From a virus (Duplodnaviria > Caudoviricetes): 44,585 bases of DNA. The notes below the pieces were generated by a model. It was given only the letters and a program-made list of their open reading frames with translations. It ran no database searches and was not told where the DNA came from. The stretch lies in the IMG/VR virus record IMGVR_UViG_3300012971_000011, positions 1-44,585 of that record; one strand, given 5' to 3'. A program made the translations under genes and the position numbers. Below, in pieces: positions 16,094 through 24,564 of this stretch. Numbering within the stretch: position 1 is the stretch's first letter; each line of letters opens with the position of its first letter.

Positions 16094-16117
16094 CAGTACT
16101 GCTACCATGGTTAGGTT
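16090..16117 (+). promoter_or_regulatory. Early promoter P4
   Basis: TTGACA-gtactGCTACCATGGT-TAGGTT. Confidence 0.7.
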
Positions 16118-16123
16118 ACTGCC

Positions 16124-16327
16124 ATGACGATGTACGCATGGAGGGACGCGATGGGGGCATCCGGGGAGCTGGAGGACGACGACTGCGGCTACTGCGGGGC
16201 GCCGGCCTTCTACCAGGATCCGAAGTGGGAGCCGATCGCGGAGGACCCGGAGTGGACCCGGGAGACCGGGCTCTGCTCCTGGTGTGGGGCGCGCGTCAAC
16301 AACACAACGAAAGAAGGAGAGGACTAG
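16124..16327 (+). CDS. Small zinc-finger protein (67 aa)
   Basis: CGYC and CSWC; ATG 6 nt after the -10 box. Confidence 0.55.
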   Translation: MTMYAWRDAMGASGELEDDDCGYCGAPAFYQDPKWEPIAEDPEWTRETGLCSWCGARVNNTTKEGED

Positions 16328-16331
16328 AGAG

Positions 16332-16943
16332 ATGGCACAGTTCACGAAGTTTCGGACGATCGAGGTGCAGCAGAAGGAGTTCGCCCTCGCGGTGGACGGC
16401 TCGGGCTTGTTCTCGGCGCATGCGCCGGGGGCAGACGGCGAGCTGACCCACCAGACGATGGTGACGAGCTACCACCAGACCGTGGCGAAGGCGATCGAGG
16501 CGCTCAAGGACCGCGTGCGGGAGACGCGCTCGCGGGTCGCGGTGCCGTTCTGCCACGTCGAGAAGGACCACATCCGCCGGGGCGTGGCGCGGGGGATCCA
16601 TCTGCGCTCCGAGGACATCCTGGTGACCTGGGAGGACGGGGAGAAGGGGACGCTCCAGCGCTACGATCGGGAGACCTATCAGCCGATCCCGGCGGAGCTG
16701 GAGTCGCGTGTGAACGAGAAGCTGCGGCTCCGCGATGAGCTGCACGCCAAGGTGGCGGCGCTCCGCGTGGAGGTCGAGGAGGAGCTGGCGCCCTACCGCA
16801 ACTCGCCGAACTACGACGCGAAGCCGGGCACGCCGGGGCGCACCAAGCAGACCCTGGAGGGACTCGTCAAGCAGGCGATGGCGCAGGCGGCGGCCAGGAA
16901 GAATGGGGCAGAGGAGAAGGCCAATGCCAGCAACGATGCATAG
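16332..16943 (+). CDS. Hypothetical protein with coiled coil
   Basis: MAQFTKFRT start after GGAGAGG. Confidence 0.65.
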   Translation: MAQFTKFRTIEVQQKEFALAVDGSGLFSAHAPGADGELTHQTMVTSYHQTVAKAIEALKDRVRETRSRVAVPFCHVEKDHIRRGVARGIHLRSEDILVTWEDGEKGTLQRYDRETYQPIPAELESRVNEKLRLRDELHAKVAALRVEVEEELAPYRNSPNYDAKPGTPGRTKQTLEGLVKQAMAQAAARKNGAEEKANASNDA

Positions 16944-17166
16944 CTTTCTGACAGGCGTGGAGAGCGTCTCCCTGCGCGACGTCCAGGCGGGGCAGATCGA
17001 GCTGGCGATCAAGACGCGTGGCGGGGAGGTCGTTATCAGGCTGATCGGGAAGAAGGAGGGCATCCGCGTCACCGATCTCCGGGCCAGGGACAAGAAGAAG
17101 CGGCGGAAGACCGCCTTCGTGTCGGTCCCGTTCGAGGAGATCATCAAGCAGAAGGAGCAGGCATGA
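16924..17166 (+). CDS. Hypothetical basic protein
   Basis: MPATMHSFL..; overlaps both neighbours. Confidence 0.55.
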   Translation: MPATMHSFLTGVESVSLRDVQAGQIELAIKTRGGEVVIRLIGKKEGIRVTDLRARDKKKRRKTAFVSVPFEEIIKQKEQA

Positions 17167-17579
17167 CAAGAAAGCGTGTAAACGAGCAAGTGGCGACCTA
17201 CGAGCCGAACCTGCTCACCTGGCGCACCAGGACCGTGGAGGGCGTCAAGTTGCGGAGACATCCGGTCGAGGGCTGGCTGGGTGAGGTCGATGGCGAGGAG
17301 TGGCACTTCTACAGCTCCGCGTCCCGGAAGAACTGGAAGGCCTACACCACCGACCACCTGACCGGGGGAGGGAATCACGTCAGCCTGCGGGCGATCATCC
17401 GCTGGGTGCTGCGCCATCGCGGGGAGTGGAAGGCGAAGCTGAAGGTGCGGCGCGCGGCGGAGACCCGGATGGTCGATCCGGTCATCAAGGGGAAGCGGCG
17501 CTGCCCGGTCTGCGGCGGGTTTCGCGACGTCGGCACCCATGTGCGGTGCGACAGTACCGGATACGAGGGACTGGGTTGA
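17163..17579 (+). CDS. Hypothetical protein with C-terminal CPVC..HxxC
   Basis: AGGAG RBS; ATGA overlap. Confidence 0.6.
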   Translation: MTRKRVNEQVATYEPNLLTWRTRTVEGVKLRRHPVEGWLGEVDGEEWHFYSSASRKNWKAYTTDHLTGGGNHVSLRAIIRWVLRHRGEWKAKLKVRRAAETRMVDPVIKGKRRCPVCGGFRDVGTHVRCDSTGYEGLG

Positions 17580-17603
17580 CAACGGTGCTAGCATGGTTAG
17601 AGA
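17576..17603 (+). promoter_or_regulatory. Early promoter P5
   Basis: TTGACA-acggtGCTAGCATGGT-TAGAGA. Confidence 0.6.
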
Positions 17604-17629
17604 ATCGGAAGTGAAGGAGGGACCGAGCG

Positions 17630-18040
17630 ATGAGTGAGTTCGTGCATGTCAACATACCGACCGCCGAGCCGCCCAAGTGTGACTTCTGCTCCAGCCGACC
17701 CGTCGTCACCTGTTTCAAGTCGGTGGACGCGGGGATCGCGCTGGCGGGGGACAAGCCGATCGAGATCGAGCCGGGGCAGCCGAAGGTGAAGAACGTGATC
17801 CTCTCCAGCGATGCGCACTGGGGAGCGTGTGCGGACTGCGCGCCGCTGGTCAGGAAGGAGAAGCGCGAGGCGATCTACCAGCGCTCGCTCGCGATGGCGC
17901 CGGCGGAGATCAAGAACAGTCCGTTCGGGGCGACCGGCCTGCGATTGATCCAGGACACCATGTTCTGGGCTGGCTTCGAGGGGAAGGAGCATCCCGCGAG
18001 TGAGCATCCGCTGCCGAGCGTGGAGGAGTCCGGGCGATGA
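17630..18040 (+). CDS. Zinc-binding hypothetical protein
   Basis: CDFC..WGACADC; AAGGAGG RBS. Confidence 0.65.
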   Translation: MSEFVHVNIPTAEPPKCDFCSSRPVVTCFKSVDAGIALAGDKPIEIEPGQPKVKNVILSSDAHWGACADCAPLVRKEKREAIYQRSLAMAPAEIKNSPFGATGLRLIQDTMFWAGFEGKEHPASEHPLPSVEESGR

Positions 18041-18198
18041 GCCGGGCGACGATCATCCGGCGAATCCAGAAGGCGCGCGAGGCGATCGAGGACGGCCAGC
18101 AGTTCCGAGCGCGGGACGCCGATCCCGGAGTCGTCGCTGGCTTCTTCCTCGAAGCCATCGCGCACGCGCTCCTGGCACTGATCGGGGACCAGGAATGA
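18037..18198 (+). CDS. Hypothetical protein (53 aa)
   Basis: MSRATIIRRIQKAREAIE..; ATGA overlaps at both ends. Confidence 0.55.
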   Translation: MSRATIIRRIQKAREAIEDGQQFRARDADPGVVAGFFLEAIAHALLALIGDQE

Positions 18199-18572
18199 GC
18201 CGTTGGACGCCAGCGGACGAGGCGCGGCTCTGCCGGGCGTTTGGCACGCACGCCTGGCGGGTCGCGGGTCCCGTCGTTGTCCTCTCTGCGAGTAAACGCA
18301 GAGTGGCGCTCCAGTGCGCTCGGTGTGCGTCCTGGCGGTATGACATCTGGTCCACCAGCGGCGCCATCGAGGGCAGGGGCTACGACCTCCAGGCGACCTA
18401 CAAGGATTACCTGAAAGACCACAAGAGGGACGGAGCAAGGACAGACATTCTATCGAGTAGTAAGGAGGTACAACATGAAGCTGACCACCCTCGCCTGCGA
18501 CTACTGCAAGGGGGTCGTCGCGGCGGTCGGCAGCGCAAGACTGATGCTCGGGCCAAAGCCAAGCGAGCGTGA
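18195..18572 (+). CDS. Zinc-binding hypothetical protein
   Basis: LCRAFGTHAW..LQCARC. Confidence 0.55.
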   Translation: MSRWTPADEARLCRAFGTHAWRVAGPVVVLSASKRRVALQCARCASWRYDIWSTSGAIEGRGYDLQATYKDYLKDHKRDGARTDILSSSKEVQHEADHPRLRLLQGGRRGGRQRKTDARAKAKRA

Positions 18573-19065
18573 TCCGCAGCTCGATCTCTGTCGCGCGCAC
18601 TTAAATGCGCTCCTGGAGCAGTGGCTCCCGGCGCGGCGGACGAAGAACAAGGTCATCATGAAGCCGACCATGACCTGGGAGAAGCGCCTGGCGTCGATCA
18701 CGCGCAAGCGCGAGCGGGATCGGGAGACCAAGCGGGCGACGCCCCCGGCGCCGAAGGGGCGTCCCAGGCGGGGAGGACAGTACTGGAAGGAGCTGGAGCA
18801 GAAGGTGCTGGAGGTGCTGACCGTCGCGCCGGGGCCGCTCGATCGGCCTGTGATCCAGAAGCGCGCGGGGCTGACCCAGTCCACGGCGGCGAACGTCGTG
18901 CGCCGCCTGGTGGGGCGCGGGCTGGTCGTGAAAACGAGCCACGGGAGGTGGGCGAGATATGAGCGACGGACTGGAGCGGGTGTTCACCCCGGGGATGAAG
19001 CGCCGCAGCGTGGTCAGGGTGTTGAAGAACGCGCTCCACGACGCGCAGCGGGAGCTGGGGACTGA
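18475..19065 (+). CDS. Zn-finger + winged-helix DNA-binding protein
   Basis: CDYC..LCRAH at the N-terminus; IQKRAGLTQSTAANVVRRLVGRGLV wHTH; TAAGGAGG RBS. Confidence 0.65.
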   Translation: MKLTTLACDYCKGVVAAVGSARLMLGPKPSERDPQLDLCRAHLNALLEQWLPARRTKNKVIMKPTMTWEKRLASITRKRERDRETKRATPPAPKGRPRRGGQYWKELEQKVLEVLTVAPGPLDRPVIQKRAGLTQSTAANVVRRLVGRGLVVKTSHGRWARYERRTGAGVHPGDEAPQRGQGVEERAPRRAAGAGD

Positions 19066-19231
19066 TCGCGTGGTCGGCATCTTCGGCATCGTCGTCAAGG
19101 AGGACGGGAGCGCAGCGCTCCTCTCCGCCGTGACGATCGACGAGCTGAAGATCGTGATGAAGGCGATCCCGGAGGCGCTCCACAAGACCGCGCTGGAGCT
19201 GCGGACGGGGAAGCCGGAGCCCACCAACTAG
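18959..19231 (+). CDS. Hypothetical protein (90 aa)
   Basis: Protein-like composition; ends just before the next promoter. Confidence 0.55.
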   Translation: MSDGLERVFTPGMKRRSVVRVLKNALHDAQRELGTDRVVGIFGIVVKEDGSAALLSAVTIDELKIVMKAIPEALHKTALELRTGKPEPTN

Positions 19232-19233
19232 GC

Positions 19234-19262
19234 TTGACAAGCTAGGGTGGTAGCATTAGGTA
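19234..19262 (+). promoter_or_regulatory. Promoter P6
   Basis: TTGACA-17 nt-TAGGTA, then AAGGAGG. Confidence 0.55.
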
Positions 19263-19283
19263 CAGGACATGAAGGAGGGACTG

Positions 19284-19445
19284 ATGGCAAAGAAGGACAA
19301 GCAGCTCCGCGAGACGGAGCGGCAGCTCGACGAGGCCTGGGCGCACTTCGGCCCGAAGATCGAGACCCTGGTGAAGCAGGCTTGGCTCGCGGGGATGCAA
19401 TTCGGGTTAAACGCGATCAAGCTGGGGGTGAGCGATGACCAGTGA
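19284..19445 (+). CDS. Hypothetical protein (53 aa)
   Basis: MAKKDKQLRETERQLDEAW.. after AAGGAGG. Confidence 0.6.
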   Translation: MAKKDKQLRETERQLDEAWAHFGPKIETLVKQAWLAGMQFGLNAIKLGVSDDQ

Positions 19446-19941
19446 GACGCTGGCGAAGATCCACCCCTTTCTCGACGGCATGCGGACGACGGCGGAGGGC
19501 CACATCCAGGCCGGGCATGAGCATGCGCCGATGGTCTTTCTCCTCTCCGAGCGGGAGAAGACCTTTCACCTGGACCAGATCGCCCTGGTGCCGACCGGGG
19601 AGGACGACGACGAACGGGACCTGATGGCCCACGCGATCGGGAAGCTGGTCGCGGATCACGACGCCTACATCTACCTCTGCGAGGGCTGGCAGATCATTCT
19701 GCCGATGGGGACCGATCTCTCCGGGCCGCTGCCGCGTCCCTCGAAGCATCCGGATCGCGAGGAGGTGCTCTCGATTCACTTTGTGAGCAAGCTAGGCGAG
19801 GAGCTGTCCCGGCTCTACAAGATCGACCGGACGGGGGAGAAGCCGGTCCTGGTTCACATCCGGGACTCCGAGGAGCCGGCGGAGGGCCGGTGCGCGAACT
19901 TCTACCGCTACGGCGTGCCGGAGCCGGCGGGGGTGGCATGA
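19435..19941 (+). CDS. Hypothetical protein (168 aa)
   Basis: EGW..PSKHPDREEVL motif; typical codon usage. Confidence 0.65.
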   Translation: MTSETLAKIHPFLDGMRTTAEGHIQAGHEHAPMVFLLSEREKTFHLDQIALVPTGEDDDERDLMAHAIGKLVADHDAYIYLCEGWQIILPMGTDLSGPLPRPSKHPDREEVLSIHFVSKLGEELSRLYKIDRTGEKPVLVHIRDSEEPAEGRCANFYRYGVPEPAGVA

Positions 19942-20156
19942 TGGCGCAGCCGAGGACGAAGGGCGGCTCGGTCTTCATCCGGGAGAAGCTGGGTGGGGCC
20001 ACCGAGCGCCACGCGGCGGTCACCATCTACCGGGACGGGAGCGGCCAGATCGCGCTCTACCAGAACGGGAAGCTGCGCTCGGAGATCGGGGTCGAACGAG
20101 AGGAGTGGGTCGAGATCGGGAAGCTGATCGAGAGCGTGATCGGAGCGGCGGCATGA
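19938..20156 (+). CDS. Hypothetical protein
   Basis: MMAQPRTKGG; ATGA overlaps. Confidence 0.6.
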   Translation: MMAQPRTKGGSVFIREKLGGATERHAAVTIYRDGSGQIALYQNGKLRSEIGVEREEWVEIGKLIESVIGAAA

Positions 20157-20380
20157 CGCCGGAGGACGCCGTCGAGCTGGGGCGGGAGATCGCCGACGCG
20201 GTGAACGAGATCGGCGAGCGCCGTCCGCTCTCGGACGCGTCGCGCAACGTGGCGATCACCAGCCTCTACGTCTTCGCCTGGATGGCGAGCTACGTCCCGG
20301 AGGTGCTCGGGTATGCGCTCAAGGCCGTGGAGGAGGAGTTCGTCCGCAAGCCTGTTTCCCGGGAAACGCCGGCGCAGTGA
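20153..20380 (+). CDS. Hypothetical protein
   Basis: MTPEDAVELG..VSRETPAQ. Confidence 0.6.
   Translation: MTPEDAVELGREIADAVNEIGERRPLSDASRNVAITSLYVFAWMASYVPEVLGYALKAVEEEFVRKPVSRETPAQ
20353..20368. promoter_or_regulatory. parS-like palindrome TGTTTCCCGGGAAACG
   Basis: 14-bp perfect palindrome; 13 of 16 positions match parS TGTTTCACGTGAAACA. Confidence 0.5.
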
Positions 20381-20691
20381 CCGCGTTTAAACGCACGAAG
20401 GCGGGGGTCACCGAGGCCATCCGCAAGGTCGAGCTGGCGCTGTCAGAAGTGAAGGTGGTCGAGCGTCGCCACAAGGGGGTGGTCCTGGACCGGGCGGTGG
20501 TGAATCGGGATGCCCTCGTCCGGGCCAGGCGGCGCTACCTCCACGCCTGCCAGACCGTGGCGGCGCTCCGCTTGAAGGGCGGGTACGCAACCGGGGAGAC
20601 GCCGCTCGCGCTGGAGCCGCACTACCTCCTCTCCGCCTGCCGCGCCCTCGCCACGCTGGAGCGCCAGCTCACCGCGCTCGAAGCGCTCTAA
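20377..20691 (+). CDS. Hypothetical helical protein (104 aa)
   Basis: GTGA overlap with the upstream gene. Confidence 0.55.
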   Translation: MTAFKRTKAGVTEAIRKVELALSEVKVVERRHKGVVLDRAVVNRDALVRARRRYLHACQTVAALRLKGGYATGETPLALEPHYLLSACRALATLERQLTALEAL

Positions 20692-20754
20692 GCCCTTTCT
20701 TCGCCCCCAACTAATGGGGGTCCCGGGCCAGGACCTCCACAAGATATAGCTGCC

Positions 20755-20783
20755 TTGCATGTCTAATCCGATGGGCGTATAGC
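20755..20783 (+). promoter_or_regulatory. Putative promoter for the recombination/replication genes
   Basis: TTGCAT-17 nt-TATAGC in an intergenic gap. Confidence 0.45.
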
Positions 20784-20823
20784 ACCTGCGTCCTGGAGTG
20801 TGGGCCAGGGCAGGAGGGGTGCG

Positions 20824-21801
20824 ATGGGGCGAGCGGGGCGGCTCGTCGTGGACAACTCGATCCTGTCCGCGACCGCCAAGTGTTCGACGTATGCGTTTAC
20901 ACGCTACGCACTCGGGCTGGCGACCCGGCAGGAGGCCCTCGCCCTGGGGGCGGGATCCTCCATTCACCTCGGGCTCGCGGCGTGGCTGGATGGGGCGTCG
21001 CCCGGGGACGCGGTACGCAGGATGGCGGAGGACTACGAGGAGCGGGTCGAGCGCCACCTCCGCCTGACCGAGCGCCGCCAGCTCGGCGCCGATGACAAGC
21101 GCTTCGAGCCGGCCTGGGTCGAGGCCGTCTTCAGCCAGTGGCTCGACCGCAACGCCGAGAGCTGGCCCTTCAAGGTCCTGGAGCACACCGCCGAGACCCC
21201 GGTCTCCGCGCCCTTCCCCGCCGCCGTCCCGTCCGGGCGGGACGTGATCTACGTCGCGCGTTTAGACGCGATCGTCCGCAAGTGGGACTCCGCCGGCAAG
21301 TGGAGCATGGACCACAAGTCTACCAAGAAAGTGACGGACTGGTGGAAGGACAAGCAGAAGACCAGCTCCCAATTTTCGGGGCACCTCTGGCTCTCCCGCG
21401 CCAAGAAGGGGGAGATGGAGCTGGAGGGGGTGGTGGCGAACGTGATCGAGCTGCCCGATCCCCACCGCTCCGAGCGCATCTGTCCAGACCATCACCTCTC
21501 GTTCCAGGAGTGCTCCGTCCGGCACGCCGGCGGGACCTACCTCTACATCACCCGCTCCGAGCCGGAGATGGACGGGTGGTTCCTCACCGCCAAGCAGCTC
21601 ACCCGGCGCTACGACGGGCTGACCATCCGGGCCGAGCAGGAGGGGATTGAGGGGGTCCGCCATGTTCGGATGGACGGCAGGTTCAACGACTCCTGCGCCT
21701 TCTGTGAGTTGAAGGAGTGGTGCCGGCTCGGGCGCAACACAAGTAAGAATGCTATTCGGAGCATGTTCGTGGAGGATCCCTGGGATCCGCTCGCGCCATG
21801 A
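20824..21801 (+). CDS. Cas4/RecB-like PD-(D/E)XK exonuclease
   Basis: GSSIH, RLDAIV..DHKST..Q motifs; N-terminal Cys plus CAFCELKEWC (Fe-S-type Cys arrangement). Confidence 0.8.
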   Translation: MGRAGRLVVDNSILSATAKCSTYAFTRYALGLATRQEALALGAGSSIHLGLAAWLDGASPGDAVRRMAEDYEERVERHLRLTERRQLGADDKRFEPAWVEAVFSQWLDRNAESWPFKVLEHTAETPVSAPFPAAVPSGRDVIYVARLDAIVRKWDSAGKWSMDHKSTKKVTDWWKDKQKTSSQFSGHLWLSRAKKGEMELEGVVANVIELPDPHRSERICPDHHLSFQECSVRHAGGTYLYITRSEPEMDGWFLTAKQLTRRYDGLTIRAEQEGIEGVRHVRMDGRFNDSCAFCELKEWCRLGRNTSKNAIRSMFVEDPWDPLAP

Positions 21802-22313
21802 GGGAGTGGACGCTCGCAGAGCTGCGTCGCCAGGTGACGAGCTGGCTTGTCCCGGGCGGGGGCGGCCATCGCTGCCGGGTGTGCCGGCGCCCCGTCCAGC
21901 TCTACAAGCGCAAGCTGCACCAGGGCATGGCGATCGCGCTCGTCGAATTCTACAAGTGGGACCGCTATCATCATCGCGAGTTCATGGACTACCGGCGGAA
22001 GCTACACCGGGGAGCGAGCCGGGATCACGGCTTCCTGCGGTACTGGAGCCTGGTCGAGCGCAACCCCGAGGAGAAGGGCTTCTACCGCATCACGGAGCGT
22101 GGGCGGCGCGCGATCGAGAACGTCGGTGAGGAGGACGAGCGCGTCCCCTGGGCGATCTGGGAGTACAACAAGGAGTTCTACGGCTTCGTCGAGGACGAGC
22201 AGACCGGCGAGGTCATCATGACGACCATTCGAGAAGCGCTCGGAGACGCATTCGACCTGGACGAGCTGCTCGCGAGCCTGCCGGGTCGGGGAGGGATGAA
22301 TGGCAGACCCTGA
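21798..22313 (+). CDS. Zn-ribbon + winged-helix-like hypothetical protein
   Basis: CRVC; LRYWSLVE..GFYRITERG. Confidence 0.55.
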   Translation: MREWTLAELRRQVTSWLVPGGGGHRCRVCRRPVQLYKRKLHQGMAIALVEFYKWDRYHHREFMDYRRKLHRGASRDHGFLRYWSLVERNPEEKGFYRITERGRRAIENVGEEDERVPWAIWEYNKEFYGFVEDEQTGEVIMTTIREALGDAFDLDELLASLPGRGGMNGRP

Positions 22314-23106
22314 GAAAGTGACCCGGCTCCAGCCGAAGCGGCCCGATCTCCACCTCGCCTGCTACGGCGCCCCCGGGTCCCGCAAGAGCACCTTCTTCGC
22401 CACCTTCCCGCAGCCGATCGTGGTGGCGCACTTCGATGCGATCGGGAAGGACATGCCTTACTGGAGACTAGGTAAGGTACATGATCTGAAGAAGGATAAG
22501 TTTGACACGAACTACCGGGAGGTGAGCAACAAGGACGGGAGCCTGGCGTGTCGGATCGAGTACTACCAGGACCCGATCGTCGATGAGCCCCAGTCGGCGA
22601 CGGCATTTCTTGAGCGTGTAAACAGGCTCGGGAAGGAGATCGAGCGCGGGGACTGCCGCACGTTCTGCTTCGAGACCGTCACCTCCAGCTCGTTGAAGGC
22701 GCGGAAGATGTACCAGTACGACTTGAAGCCGAACGCCAAGGATCCGAGGAAGTGGTACGGCGGAGCGGTCGATGTGCTTGAGGAGATCCTCCTGATCCAG
22801 CTCCCCGGGCTGCACTGCAACGTGTGTGTGGGACTGCACGTCTCGAAGACCAAGGTGGAGGCGGAGGGGACCATGGTCCGGGCGCCGCTCCTCCCGGGCC
22901 GGCTGATGGAGTCCTTCGCCAGCCAGTGGCCGGAGGTGTTCCGCGCCTATGTCGATCGCGACAAGAAGACGGGGGACAAGACCTGGCTCCTCCAGACGCA
23001 ATCGGATGAATTCTGGGAAGCTACAACACAGATAGATGCGCCAGACCCATGCTCCCAGAACTACAAGTCGCTGTGGAAGAACTGGGACAGGCAGCCGCAT
23101 GATTGA
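22300..23106 (+). CDS. AAA_24/Sak4-like P-loop ATPase
   Basis: YGAPGSRKSTF Walker A; located between the Cas4-like nuclease and the SSB. Confidence 0.75.
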   Translation: MADPEKVTRLQPKRPDLHLACYGAPGSRKSTFFATFPQPIVVAHFDAIGKDMPYWRLGKVHDLKKDKFDTNYREVSNKDGSLACRIEYYQDPIVDEPQSATAFLERVNRLGKEIERGDCRTFCFETVTSSSLKARKMYQYDLKPNAKDPRKWYGGAVDVLEEILLIQLPGLHCNVCVGLHVSKTKVEAEGTMVRAPLLPGRLMESFASQWPEVFRAYVDRDKKTGDKTWLLQTQSDEFWEATTQIDAPDPCSQNYKSLWKNWDRQPHD

Positions 23107-23428
23107 TGGCCACTACGGGGACGAGGACCTCTACCCCCAGGTCTTCTTCCTGCGCTTCGAGCGACGGGTGGATCGCAGCGGTGGCCCAGATGCATGCTGG
23201 CCATGGACGGGGCCGCTCGATGCCAAGGGGCGGGGGAAGACGAACTGGCACAGCATGGCACTGCGTCCCCACCAGGTGGCGTGGTGGCAAGCGACGGGGG
23301 ATCGCGTGATCGGCTACGAGACCTGTCTGCACCACACCTGTGAACTCGCCTGCTGCTGCAACCCGGCGCACCTGGAGGTACTGACGCGGAGCGAGCACAT
23401 GGCGCTACACAACGCCAAGAGGTACTAG
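23099..23428 (+). CDS. HNH endonuclease
   Basis: CWPWTG..HQVAW..LHHTC..CCNPAHLEVLTRSEH. Confidence 0.85.
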   Translation: MIDGHYGDEDLYPQVFFLRFERRVDRSGGPDACWPWTGPLDAKGRGKTNWHSMALRPHQVAWWQATGDRVIGYETCLHHTCELACCCNPAHLEVLTRSEHMALHNAKRY

Positions 23429-23490
23429 CGAAGCCAGGGACAAGCATGCTAGGGAGGAGTGAGTTTACACGCAGAGAGGGGGTGAGTAGC

Positions 23491-23733
23491 ATGGCGAAGC
23501 AGAAGCGGACGGCGATCCGGCCCGGCACCGGCGTGGGGACGCAGGCGAAGAACGGCGACGTCGTTGTCCAGTTGGCGACGCGCATCCCGAAGGACCTCTA
23601 CCGCGAGATCAAGCTGTACGCGGTCACGGACAACGTCTCGATCTCCGAGCTGGTGACCGAGGCGATGCAGGACCTCCTGGTGAAGCGGGGGGCGCGGAAG
23701 AAGCAGAAGCAGAAGGAAGCAGTCAACGAGTAA
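23491..23733 (+). CDS. Ribbon-helix-helix DNA-binding protein
   Basis: VQLATRIPKDLYREIKLYAVTDNVSISELVTEAMQDLL. Confidence 0.75.
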   Translation: MAKQKRTAIRPGTGVGTQAKNGDVVVQLATRIPKDLYREIKLYAVTDNVSISELVTEAMQDLLVKRGARKKQKQKEAVNE

Positions 23734-23755
23734 GCAAGAAAGGAGACAGTAGAGT

Positions 23756-24478
23756 ATGAAGACCCCGGGGTTGTGGAAAGGCAAAGCGGCACAGGGGGTG
23801 ATGCCCGCGATGGGCGTCAAGTTGGAGATCGAGGAGATCGAGCGCTCGGAGACGGGGGAGAACTCGCAGACGCCCGGCTGCCTGATGTACGTCGGTCACT
23901 TCCGCGTCGTCGAGCCTGAGAGCTACAAGGGTCGGCGGCTGATGGAGTGGTTCCCGATCGGCACCAAGGATGACAAGCGGGCGAAGCGCGACGAGACCTG
24001 GAATCGGCCCGAGCAGGGACCCGGTCGCCTCATTCGGCTGATGGAGAAGGCGGGGGTCCCGAACTCGGACGACGACGAGGAGTGGATGGAGGCGGCGGTC
24101 GGCGCCACCGTCTTCGCGCACGTCCAGACCCGCACCGACGAGAACGGCGAGAAGCGCAACCGCATGGGCATGTACTACGCCGAGAAGGACGAGGAGTTCG
24201 TCGGCGTGGGGGAGGAGCTGGAGGCGCCGCGCTCGGGTGCGGGACGCGGGGGGCGGAAGGCGAAGCCAGCACGGCGGGAGGACGACGACGAGTCCCCGCG
24301 CGCCCGGAAGGCGAAGCGCCAGGAGGACGACGAGGAGCCGAAGAAGCGGGGGGATGACGACGACGAGGAGGGGGAAGACGAGGAGGACGAGCCCCGCTCC
24401 GCCCGGCGCGGGAAGAACGGCGAGAAGCGCGCCGCCAAGCGCCGGGGTGGGGACGACGACGACGAGGACGAAGACTGA
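23756..24478 (+). CDS. Single-stranded DNA-binding protein (DUF669-like) with long charged tail
   Basis: Beta-rich N-terminal domain (YKGRRLMEWF); D/E/K/R-rich C-terminus ending DDDDEDED; gene context. Confidence 0.65.
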   Translation: MKTPGLWKGKAAQGVMPAMGVKLEIEEIERSETGENSQTPGCLMYVGHFRVVEPESYKGRRLMEWFPIGTKDDKRAKRDETWNRPEQGPGRLIRLMEKAGVPNSDDDEEWMEAAVGATVFAHVQTRTDENGEKRNRMGMYYAEKDEEFVGVGEELEAPRSGAGRGGRKAKPARREDDDESPRARKAKRQEDDEEPKKRGDDDDEEGEDEEDEPRSARRGKNGEKRAAKRRGGDDDDEDED

Positions 24479-24564
24479 CCGCCGAGGAGATAGAGATAGA
24501 AAGTTGGATTGACGACTGGTGGTAGGCCCGGAGTGTGGGCCGGGCCTGCCGAGACGAGGGGACG

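Noticed and set aside
24509-24540. TTGACG promoter upstream of the polymerase
   Set aside because: No plausible -10 element at 16-18 nt spacing.
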